Shown piece after piece: positions 17,843 through 26,477 of a stretch of DNA of 27,560 nucleotides. Source of the DNA: a virus (Duplodnaviria; Caudoviricetes); the IMG/VR virus record IMGVR_UViG_3300034093_003590, positions 1 through 27,560 of that record, one strand, 5' to 3'. The position numbers and the translations under genes are program-made. The notes under the pieces are model-generated. The model was given only the letters and a program-made list of their open reading frames with translations. It was not told where the DNA came from and did no database searches. Numbering within the stretch: the first letter of the stretch is position 1; the number at the start of each line of letters is the position of its first letter.

Positions 17843-20194
17843 TTAATAATTACACAAACTTTTTTGTTTATCGTACCAGTAGTTGAAAGCGTCATCCCAA
17901 TCATCATCCATTCTATCTATAGATGGGAATATTGGTTTGAAATATTCATCGAAAATAGAAAATACCTGATATTTAGTCATAGTTTTTCTTTCTTGAGTTG
18001 GACTAAACATTCCTTCAATACTGTCCGCACCACCACCACAATCTAATTGTGCTACACCCTCTGTCCAAAGAAACTCCATTAAACTTTTTGATTTGGTTTC
18101 ATCTTTACCATTTTCATCACACCATTTTGTAAATTCATCGACAACGTTTTCCGCATTTACAACTTCAGTACTTTCTGAACCTGTGTTACATTTAGCCTCA
18201 ATTACTACCTTATTAATCCAATTATTTAATGTTATGAAAAATTCATCTACTGTAGTTACGGAACCAAATATATCGGATCTTTTCATTATATCAATGTAAA
18301 CTTTAGGGATTTCTTTATTTTTGTCACTTACATCCACAGTTAGATATCCTGCGTCTCCATAAGTTTTCATTTCTTGAATTTTTACATTAACTTCATTTTG
18401 TAATGAATTACAATCACTAGATTCGACAATAGTTAAAATTTCATCCCAAAGAGTTTTAACTCTTTCTTCTACACAAGGTAATGCTTTCTTATTACACTCC
18501 ATTCTTAGAATTTCTACAAAACTCATAGGTTTTCCATCTTTAGTTAAGTACTTACTTACACTCTCATTGTTTTTTGCCTCATTTAGAATTTCCTGTATTA
18601 TTACCTCAGGATCTTCAACGCCCATACCTGTTACTTTTCCCTTTAATATATTAGGATCAATATTTCTAACTGCAGTTTCATATTTATTCCAAAACTCTGG
18701 TTTTGCAATAATAGATTTTAACTTTTCATCGTTATTACAGTCCATACAACATTTTTTGTCACCACTATCGTCTTTAGGACATATTTTATCTACCTCAGTT
18801 AAGATATACCCATTAAATTCTTGCATAGGTCCTAATATATCCTCCTCAAAAATTGACATTGCAATATCCTTACCTAAATTTTTAATAGATTGAAAAATAC
18901 TACCAACGCACTCCGCTAATTTAGTGAATATACCTTTTTCTTTAATGGCTCCATCACCGCCACCTTTTTTCCTTAATGCAATTTGTTCTGGTGTTAATTC
19001 ATCCGAAGATAAAAGACATATAGATGCCCCAATAATAACTGAAGATGCTATTGTAACGTAGATACCAATTTTGATGTTTCTAATTCTTAGGTCTCTTCTA
19101 GCCAACTCTTCTACCGCATTTGTTCCATTTTCTCTAGTCTTAGCCTCAGTAAAATCTATCCCACCATCTTTTAATATTTGTTTGTAATTATCTAAATCTT
19201 TTTTACTTTTAAATTCTAAAATAAAAATAGTTTCAGGATCATTATTTTTATTGTAAAAAACTATACTATTATCCCAATCTAAATCTTTATTTTTAATTTT
19301 ATCTAATGTAAGTGATAGTTTTTTTGATTGCCATATTTTTAGTTTATTTAAAAAACTACTTTCTAAAACTTTATATTTTGGATCTAATGAAAAGGCTTTT
19401 TTAAATAAGGTTTTAAAATCAGTACCATCCCACTCATCCAACCCAACTTGAGATTTGATTCTCCTCCATATGTCATATAATTCTAATTCTTTTGGTGTAG
19501 ATCCATTTTTTAAATCATCTAACATTTTAATTGTATTTTCAATCTCATCTATTGATTTGACACCATCTTCACTGACAAACCCTAAAACAAGTGATCTAAA
19601 ATCTTCTGGTTTATTAAGTTTATTCCACATCTCACTTATTTTGTTTAATTTATCTAAAGCAAAATCAGTTTTAGTTAATTGTGACATCAAATAATTAACA
19701 CTAATTAAATCATTAATTTGTGATTCATTAAGATTTCTAAGTAAGTCAGTTGGTATTTCATTAGACAAACCACTAATATAATTTTTCATTGCAGTATAAT
19801 CTACTACCACACCTAACTCTTTAAAATAGTTCCCTAACGTATTAGCAAATTGAGTACTAAAATTATCCATAGTAACTCTTAAACTTTTCGCATTTAATAA
19901 GTTTTTTAAATTTTCAAAAGAACCTCCTGAGGTAAGATTTCTAATTGCTGAATCATAATCATCTATTGCCTTACTCATAGATGAAATGGCAGACTCTATT
20001 CTATTTATCATTAGTTCACTACTGGAACCCATACCTCTCACTAAACTTCTTGAAAGTCTAATTAAATCATCACCGATTCCTTCCGTAATAATCATTTTTA
20101 TACCTTCACTTACTTGATTGAACGTTTGTCTACCCTCAATTCGTTCCATCATAAGTCTAAACTTATTTCTATCTAAATTTAAATTCTTTTTCAT
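17843..20194 (-). CDS. bitopic membrane protein with Cys-rich C-terminal half, putative virion-packaged/ejected protein
   Basis: 783 aa; single hydrophobic segment IGIYVTIASSVIIGASICLLS preceded by RRDLRIRNIK; leader ending VSEGIKMIITE. Confidence 0.7.
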   Translation of the reverse strand: MKKNLNLDRNKFRLMMERIEGRQTFNQVSEGIKMIITEGIGDDLIRLSRSLVRGMGSSSELMINRIESAISSMSKAIDDYDSAIRNLTSGGSFENLKNLLNAKSLRVTMDNFSTQFANTLGNYFKELGVVVDYTAMKNYISGLSNEIPTDLLRNLNESQINDLISVNYLMSQLTKTDFALDKLNKISEMWNKLNKPEDFRSLVLGFVSEDGVKSIDEIENTIKMLDDLKNGSTPKELELYDIWRRIKSQVGLDEWDGTDFKTLFKKAFSLDPKYKVLESSFLNKLKIWQSKKLSLTLDKIKNKDLDWDNSIVFYNKNNDPETIFILEFKSKKDLDNYKQILKDGGIDFTEAKTRENGTNAVEELARRDLRIRNIKIGIYVTIASSVIIGASICLLSSDELTPEQIALRKKGGGDGAIKEKGIFTKLAECVGSIFQSIKNLGKDIAMSIFEEDILGPMQEFNGYILTEVDKICPKDDSGDKKCCMDCNNDEKLKSIIAKPEFWNKYETAVRNIDPNILKGKVTGMGVEDPEVIIQEILNEAKNNESVSKYLTKDGKPMSFVEILRMECNKKALPCVEERVKTLWDEILTIVESSDCNSLQNEVNVKIQEMKTYGDAGYLTVDVSDKNKEIPKVYIDIMKRSDIFGSVTTVDEFFITLNNWINKVVIEAKCNTGSESTEVVNAENVVDEFTKWCDENGKDETKSKSLMEFLWTEGVAQLDCGGGADSIEGMFSPTQERKTMTKYQVFSIFDEYFKPIFPSIDRMDDDWDDAFNYWYDKQKSLCNY

Positions 20195-20197
20195 AAA

Positions 20198-23100
20198 TTA
20201 TATTTTCATTTTACTTATTAAATCACTTAATGTAAATTCCCCACTTAAAGGTGAAACTAACTTTTCTTCTAAAAACGAAGATAATGTAACACAAGTACCT
20301 GTACTGTCTTTAAATATTTCAGCGCTACCTCCTGTATTATTATCTAAATCCACTAAACTATTTAAATTAATAGGTACATTAGTACCGAGAATATTAATAT
20401 TAAATAAAAGTTTAATCATTTTATTATTTTTATCCATTAACTTAACTGAACTAGAGCCTTTAAGTTTGTAATCAGACCCATCTTTTTCCCAAAAACCTTC
20501 AATCTTAACAAATTTTAAACCACTACCTACTACACCAGTCGAATCATCGTAACCATCCTTTGTAATTATTAGTTTTAAAGATCTACCACCAACATTAATT
20601 ACCTTTTCACATGCATCGTAGTCATTAAACATATAATACATATTAAATCTATTCTTTTCATTTAATTCTTTTTCAAAAAGATTTACTAAATAAAAATGTT
20701 GTTCCCTATCAACTTTAGTTTTCCTAAATATACCTAAGTAACAACCATCTGGAGATGTACCCGACTGAAAAGATAACGTAGTATCATTTTTATATTTTTC
20801 ATAAATTACACCCAATTCAGTGTTTGGACCTAAACATAAATCTCCTTCATTACCAGCCCTTACAATATACCCTTTATCTTTAAGAAAATTAATTGCATCT
20901 GCTTCATTATCACAAACTTCATTTACTAAATTACCATATAACCTTTCATTTGTAAATAATGATTTTATTCTTTTTATTTCTTCGTTTAGTTTCATATTTG
21001 ATTTTTTATATGATTCATTTTTATTGATTTCATCATCAACCTCTTCCTCCACCTCTAATAAAAAGTTTTGAAAAGTTTTTATTTCGTCAGGAGTTAATTT
21101 TTTATTACCTGTTGCAATTACTGCAGTCTTTTCTTCTTTTGGTACCTTAGGTTTTTCAATATCTTTTAATTTAATAATAACATTAGATATTTTTTGGATG
21201 GATTCTGGTTCACCAACAGATTTATTAATTATCCCATCTAAAATAGGTATAACTAAATCAGTAACTTCTTTAATATCTTTGTGTTTATATCTCCTACCAT
21301 CAATTTGATATGATACCTCTTTTTTAAGTGCCGTAACTGAATTTAAAAGAGAATTCCCAATACTACTTTTTAAAATTTCTGAAATTTTAATAGAAAAATT
21401 ACTTAATAATGTAGTCTCTTCAATAAAAGTATCTTTATCTATAAAACCACTCTCACTTAATTTATCCGCTAATAAATCAATTTTCTCATCATTAGAAATG
21501 ATGTCAGTGTAATCTGGAGATAATTGTTCTTGATCTATTTCACCTGTTTCTGTAAATATTCCTAATGGGTCAAAACCGTAATTTAAATAAAGGTTTTGTA
21601 ACCCTTTTGCAATGTCTTCACTAAATACATATAATCCTGCGAATAGAGAACCTTGTATCACAAATTGTTTCACACCTTTAAAGTATGAATTAACCATCTT
21701 ATTTAAATCTTTACCAGATTTATTATATAATTCTTCTATTTTTTTAGGATCTTCGTTTTTAAATATATTAGTTAACACACCCTTTTGTTGTGAATCTAAA
21801 TTTTTTGCTTGTCTATTTAAATCAGTAATTAAATCTCTATATTTTGGATCGTCAATCTTCTTTAATAATTCTTTAAATTCATCAAACATCTTCAACTCTT
21901 CAGGATTTAATGTTCTTGACCATTGGGCGATTTCTCTTTCTAACCCTATTAAATCATCACCATATTGTGTAGTTATTTTACCTAACTCACCTAATTTGGC
22001 GGTAAATTTACTTCCTTTACCTGCCAATTTTAATGCTTCTCCTAAACCACCTAATGCACCTAATGCAGTTAAACTGCTATTAATTTCCCATCCTTCATCA
22101 CCTTCTACAACATAACCTATCGCACTAACTAAATCTATTAATCCACTAACCAATATCCCCACAGGACCAAATGCCAATGAAACTATTGAACCTATATCTG
22201 CTAAACAATGCCAATCAGACGCACAATCAGATGTCCAATCCTCTACTTTTTCCCATCCACTTCTAATATCTCCAATAGATTTACCACACCAATCTTTAAT
22301 GTTAATATCCACAACATAGTCACCCCCAACCCCATTGACAGTCACCTTTGCAGTACCATTTGGTTTAACACAACAACAAATAGTTTTATTATCAGTAAAT
22401 CCTATATTTGACATTCCTGTTGACCTAACTGAAGGATTTGTTGGTGTCATAAACATACCACCATTGTTTTTACATACATCACTCCATTCAAAAGTCTCAT
22501 CTACTTCAGGTGAATGTCCACCAGATCCTGGTGCCCCATAACCTACAGGTAAAGAAACTGTTTTATAAACTGGATTTGAACAGGCATTTTCATGTCTTTC
22601 TTTCGTTTGTAAAGAAATTATAATATTATGTTCATCGATTATCTCTAAAACTTTATCATATTTATTGTAAAAAATTAAATTTTCTTTAAATTCATCACCT
22701 AAACTATTTAATTTTTTTTGCAATTCTATTTTTTCATTATAATCTTTTAAATCATTATTGTATTTAGTTTGTGCCGCAACATTTAATTGATTAATATTTT
22801 GTAAATTTTGATAGTAACTACGTTGTAATCCACCTGAAGGATCTAAAACCATAGTATTCATATCATTGGCATCTCTAGGACCACCTGTATATGTATTATC
22901 CACCATTTCTTTTGGTCTTTCAGGTTTAAACCCTATAGATAAGTCACCAAAATAATTTTTTAGTTTATCATCGAAAGAACGACTAGTCAAAATCCTTTCT
23001 ACATCATCTGATCCAACTACACCTCCAGATAGAGCAGAATTCATCATATCAAATTTCAACTCCTCTAATTTTTCAATTATATATGAAGGGTTAATACATG

Positions 23101-23719
23101 TTGAGGCACCTATTTTACTGTTTAATATATCCGATATCTTATCACTGTTTACCGTTCTCTCACCCGTCCATCCAAAGTAAGTGTGAACTATATCCCAATT
23201 CTTTAAAGAGGACTGAAAGTTTCTATATTCTTTATAATTTTCATATGTTGGTTTAGTGATAGATACACCATCGGCACTATTTAAAGTTCTATCATATGCT
23301 GGATGTTGAGTATCTAAACCTGCAAAATCATCCACACCTTCCCATCCTTTACCTTTATTAGATGATAAATATTCCTTTCCTACCACACCCCAAGCAACTT
23401 TCATATATTCGTTGTTGTATGATCCTGTTTCATCTAACGTACCTGACATTCCTTTTTTCCTAAATTCAGTAATAACTTTAGATAATCTTTTATTATTACT
23501 TCTAACCCATTTCCTGAAATTGTCACCATCAGATTTGTTTTTTATATGATATTTAAATAACTCATCATCAGGTGCAACTTTAATGGCACCCACTCCCTTA
23601 AAAGGACTTGGTGGTGATACTTGTGCACCCATAGGTTTACCTTTTTTCTTAGGTGGATCTTGTTCCGTTAAAAATACCCTTTTAAACTGTTCTTCAGATA
23701 TTATTACTCTTTTTTTCAT
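20198..23719 (-). CDS. large multidomain protein with leader peptide, PT-TG-like hydrophobic hairpin and internal second leader
   Basis: 1173 aa; MKKRVIISEEQFKRVFLTEQ; HCLADIGSIVSLAFGPVGILVSGLIDLVSAIGYVVEGD; internal MKLNEEIKRIKSLFTNERLYGNLVNE at residue 909. Confidence 0.7.
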   Translation of the reverse strand: MKKRVIISEEQFKRVFLTEQDPPKKKGKPMGAQVSPPSPFKGVGAIKVAPDDELFKYHIKNKSDGDNFRKWVRSNNKRLSKVITEFRKKGMSGTLDETGSYNNEYMKVAWGVVGKEYLSSNKGKGWEGVDDFAGLDTQHPAYDRTLNSADGVSITKPTYENYKEYRNFQSSLKNWDIVHTYFGWTGERTVNSDKISDILNSKIGASTCINPSYIIEKLEELKFDMMNSALSGGVVGSDDVERILTSRSFDDKLKNYFGDLSIGFKPERPKEMVDNTYTGGPRDANDMNTMVLDPSGGLQRSYYQNLQNINQLNVAAQTKYNNDLKDYNEKIELQKKLNSLGDEFKENLIFYNKYDKVLEIIDEHNIIISLQTKERHENACSNPVYKTVSLPVGYGAPGSGGHSPEVDETFEWSDVCKNNGGMFMTPTNPSVRSTGMSNIGFTDNKTICCCVKPNGTAKVTVNGVGGDYVVDINIKDWCGKSIGDIRSGWEKVEDWTSDCASDWHCLADIGSIVSLAFGPVGILVSGLIDLVSAIGYVVEGDEGWEINSSLTALGALGGLGEALKLAGKGSKFTAKLGELGKITTQYGDDLIGLEREIAQWSRTLNPEELKMFDEFKELLKKIDDPKYRDLITDLNRQAKNLDSQQKGVLTNIFKNEDPKKIEELYNKSGKDLNKMVNSYFKGVKQFVIQGSLFAGLYVFSEDIAKGLQNLYLNYGFDPLGIFTETGEIDQEQLSPDYTDIISNDEKIDLLADKLSESGFIDKDTFIEETTLLSNFSIKISEILKSSIGNSLLNSVTALKKEVSYQIDGRRYKHKDIKEVTDLVIPILDGIINKSVGEPESIQKISNVIIKLKDIEKPKVPKEEKTAVIATGNKKLTPDEIKTFQNFLLEVEEEVDDEINKNESYKKSNMKLNEEIKRIKSLFTNERLYGNLVNEVCDNEADAINFLKDKGYIVRAGNEGDLCLGPNTELGVIYEKYKNDTTLSFQSGTSPDGCYLGIFRKTKVDREQHFYLVNLFEKELNEKNRFNMYYMFNDYDACEKVINVGGRSLKLIITKDGYDDSTGVVGSGLKFVKIEGFWEKDGSDYKLKGSSSVKLMDKNNKMIKLLFNINILGTNVPINLNSLVDLDNNTGGSAEIFKDSTGTCVTLSSFLEEKLVSPLSGEFTLSDLISKMKI

Positions 23720-23746
23720 ATTATATATTATGAGTCATAACTTTTA

Positions 23747-24907
23747 TTAAACATTAGTTAGTACAAACGAACCAACATCCATTTTATCTGTTTCAACTGC
23801 CTTTTGAATCACAATTCTTTGTTTATTTGGATCAATGTTCAATTCTTTATATATAAAACTTACATATTCTTTTCTGAATTTGATATTCCCCTTATCATTT
23901 TTATCTACTAATGGAACGTTCATTTTTGAACGGAAATTAAATTTGTTTGCCCCAACCTTTCTAATAATTGCAACTTTAGTACCATTTTGATTTTTAACAA
24001 CATATCTTTCTCCTTCTACACCACCTTCTGCCTTCGCATCGTCAAATGTATCTCCAGTAATTTCTTCATCATCTTTACCTGCACCAAGTTCTATCATTTT
24101 TTCGGTTGGTTTAAGACCCAATGTTTTATACATTATTCGTATCTCATCACCTTTTCTAAACAAACCTTCTTTCTCAAAAGTTTGGTAGAAGTTTTTCATA
24201 CAAAACTCTACACCCTGTATATCTTCTTTTTCGAATTCTTCTTTAGTTTTACCTTGTCTTACTTGTTTGTACATATCCTTTATATGATCTCTACATTCCT
24301 CTTTACTCTTATTAATCTCTTTTCCAGTTGCATTAACATCGTCTTTTCTTTGTTGTTTAACATCACCCGCATCCTTTTTTGTAGAGAACTCTGGATTAGT
24401 ACCCGATTTAGATTTAAACCAATCCGAAGCCAATACCGTAGTTAACTGTTTTTTAAAATCGTCAACATTGACATTATCCTTAGTAGATTTAAAAATAAAT
24501 TTATCTTTAATCTCGTCAACGACATATTTTAACTCTTTATCTGCACCAAACGATAATGTACTTTCCCAAGATGTTACAATTTTGTTAGAATCTTTATTTA
24601 AAGTAATAGAAAGTTGTAAAGTTGCCCTATTAAAATCAATTTTTTTAATATCTTCATCAGGATCATTAGTTTCTATAGCATTTTTAACTTTAACAATATT
24701 ATATTGGTTAAATATTTTAGTATATCTTTCACTTTCAGGTTTCAATTGATCCTGTTCAAAACCATCACTTTTTAGTATATTTGAATAATCCTCAACAGGA
24801 TTACCACTAACGTCCTCAGTTATAAGATTACCGAACATTCTCTCTTCAGTAAAAAGAGACTTCATTCTCTCAATCTCTTCGTTTAAAGTATTAATATTTC
24901 TTTTCAT
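23747..24907 (-). CDS. hypothetical protein with leader peptide (386 aa), putative virion-packaged protein
   Basis: Start revised to ATG 24907 (MKRNINTLNEEIERMKSLFTEERMFGNLITE) because the track's TTG start at 24961 lies upstream of the late motif and inside a terminator. Confidence 0.75.
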   Translation of the reverse strand: MKRNINTLNEEIERMKSLFTEERMFGNLITEDVSGNPVEDYSNILKSDGFEQDQLKPESERYTKIFNQYNIVKVKNAIETNDPDEDIKKIDFNRATLQLSITLNKDSNKIVTSWESTLSFGADKELKYVVDEIKDKFIFKSTKDNVNVDDFKKQLTTVLASDWFKSKSGTNPEFSTKKDAGDVKQQRKDDVNATGKEINKSKEECRDHIKDMYKQVRQGKTKEEFEKEDIQGVEFCMKNFYQTFEKEGLFRKGDEIRIMYKTLGLKPTEKMIELGAGKDDEEITGDTFDDAKAEGGVEGERYVVKNQNGTKVAIIRKVGANKFNFRSKMNVPLVDKNDKGNIKFRKEYVSFIYKELNIDPNKQRIVIQKAVETDKMDVGSFVLTNV

Positions 24908-24919
24908 TTTTTTCTTTTT

Positions 24920-24930
24920 ATATAAATATT
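24920..24930 (-). promoter_or_regulatory. putative phage late promoter AATATTTATAT
   Basis: Identical motif 12 nt upstream of ATG 24907. Confidence 0.7.
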
Positions 24931-24959
24931 GAGGATTTATAAAAAAAGTTATTATAAAC

Positions 24960-25000
24960 AAAAAATCCTCACCATATAATATATATACGGTAAGGATTTT
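24960..25000 (-). terminator. intrinsic terminator after tail tube gene
   Basis: Minus strand AAAATCCTTACCGTATA-TATAT-TATATGGTGAGGATTTT(TT): long stem with G-U pairs and T tract. Confidence 0.75.
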
Positions 25001-25022
25001 GTAAATATGTAAATAAACAGTA

Positions 25023-25511
25023 TTAGAATACGTTTATCGCTCTGTCAAATCGAAGTGTACAGGTTATATCCGCTAAGTCTGAAGAAGAGTAATCTAACCC
25101 ACCAAAGTCAACATCATTTAACTGAGTACTTTGAAGAATCCATTTCTGAACAACAACTCCTGTTGGGTCCAACATTTCTAACTCAACATCTTTTTTGTAA
25201 CCTGCAGCATATCCTTGTCTACCAGTTACTGATTCAGAGTGTAAACGAACCCACTCCATTAACGCTTGTGTTGCAGAAGGTCCAATAGGATCTCTAAACG
25301 TTACGGAAATTGATTCCCATCTAAATCTACCGATAACATATGTTTCAGTATTTAGGAAAGGTATCGCTACCTCATCACTTGTATATTTTGGTCTTGACGT
25401 AGTAGATACCCACCACTCTTGAATTCCTAACTCATCAGGAAATCTCAAAATAAACCTATTCTTTCTTAATGGTTCATAAGGAACAGGCATTCTCATTAAT
25501 AAATCCGCCAT
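25023..25511 (-). CDS. tail tube protein (T4 gp19-like)
   Basis: YEPLRKNRFILRF, WESISVTFRDPIGPSATQALMEWVR, YKKDVELEMLDPTGVVVQKWIL, FGGLDYSS, TLRFDRA; 162 aa. Confidence 0.92.
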   Translation of the reverse strand: MADLLMRMPVPYEPLRKNRFILRFPDELGIQEWWVSTTSRPKYTSDEVAIPFLNTETYVIGRFRWESISVTFRDPIGPSATQALMEWVRLHSESVTGRQGYAAGYKKDVELEMLDPTGVVVQKWILQSTQLNDVDFGGLDYSSSDLADITCTLRFDRAINVF

Positions 25512-25555
25512 TTTAATTTGTTTTTAATTTTTTTGTTATAGTTGTATTATTTATT

Positions 25556-25566
25556 ATATAAATATT
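25556..25566 (-). promoter_or_regulatory. putative phage late promoter AATATTTATAT
   Basis: Identical motif 44 nt upstream of tail tube ATG. Confidence 0.7.
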
Positions 25567-25582
25567 CTGTTTTTGAAAAAAA

Positions 25583-26404
25583 TTATTTTTTTATAATTAT
25601 TCTTTTCTTTTTAGGATTTTTAGGGTCAGATGTATCGTAAATAATAAAATTTATTTCAGGATACAATTTTTGTAACTCATCCTCTATTAATTTTTCTATT
25701 ATTTTAACATTATCTTCATCATCGTCACTAAAACCTACACTAATCCCTTCAAACTCTGAATTATTTTTTATATTACCAATTTGTTTCACCACCTTTTCAA
25801 CAAAACTTCTAAAGGCAATCTCCTTCCCTTTTTCAGGATTTGTACCACTCACATTTAAATCAAATTTATTTAAAAACTCTTCAGAAGAAACTGGATGATA
25901 ATCCTGTAAATTTAAATACTCATCGATAGATAAACCATTTAGATTTTTCTCCATTTCTTTTCTCTCATCCCAATTGAGTGACTTTTCAATTAGTATCTTA
26001 ATACCGTCTTTTATGGCTTGTGGTGAATTAGATCTAGCAGTAATAATTGAGAAGTCACTACCACTAATTAAAGCCTCTTTAAACTTATTAAAACTTGGTC
26101 CGTAACTTCTATAATTTAGTGATTCTTTTACATCTCTTATAAATGCGTCATAATCTCTAAAATCTTTAAAAGATTGTTTAATATCATTGTTGAGATATCT
26201 AAACTCTGTCCCTATTTTATGTCTGATACTTCTAAATTGTTCTGTAGAAACTGATATCGGTGCCCACATTAAACCATTAATACTATAATCTAAATGTATT
26301 CTTGTTGGCATATTAAGAATATTGTCATCCCAATCAAATGAGTAAACCTTTTTCTTTGTTTCCTTTAAAATTTTGTATTGTGATTCACTAATTTTAATAT
26401 TCAT
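25583..26404 (-). CDS. HAD-superfamily phosphatase-like protein with leader peptide
   Basis: Motif I YSFDWDDNI, motif II IITARS, candidate motif III Lys in EKGKE, motif IV GFSDDD; N-terminus MNIKISESQYKILKE. Confidence 0.75.
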   Translation of the reverse strand: MNIKISESQYKILKETKKKVYSFDWDDNILNMPTRIHLDYSINGLMWAPISVSTEQFRSIRHKIGTEFRYLNNDIKQSFKDFRDYDAFIRDVKESLNYRSYGPSFNKFKEALISGSDFSIITARSNSPQAIKDGIKILIEKSLNWDERKEMEKNLNGLSIDEYLNLQDYHPVSSEEFLNKFDLNVSGTNPEKGKEIAFRSFVEKVVKQIGNIKNNSEFEGISVGFSDDDEDNVKIIEKLIEDELQKLYPEINFIIYDTSDPKNPKKKRIIIKK

Positions 26405-26407
26405 ATC

Positions 26408-26418
26408 ATATAAATATT
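26408..26418 (-). promoter_or_regulatory. putative phage late promoter AATATTTATAT
   Basis: Identical motif only 3 nt upstream of ATG 26404. Confidence 0.65.
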
Positions 26419-26427
26419 TGTAAAAAT

Positions 26428-26453
26428 AAAAAAACCCATCATAGGATGGGTTT
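26428..26453 (-). terminator. intrinsic terminator after sheath + 96-aa gene
   Basis: Minus strand AAACCCATC-CTAT-GATGGGTTT followed by TTTT. Confidence 0.8.
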
Positions 26454-26477
26454 AAAAAATGATTTTTTTTGTTTTTT

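Noticed and set aside
24908-24961. 18-aa N-terminal extension of the 404-aa ORF
   Set aside because: TTG start lies in the terminator T-tract and upstream of the late motif; ATG 24907 begins the shared leader
2852-26418. Archaeal TATA box reading of TTTATATA
   Set aside because: Spacing of 3-18 nt to the ATG in five of six copies is too short for a TATA box about 25 nt upstream of the TSS; gene content is bacteriophage-like
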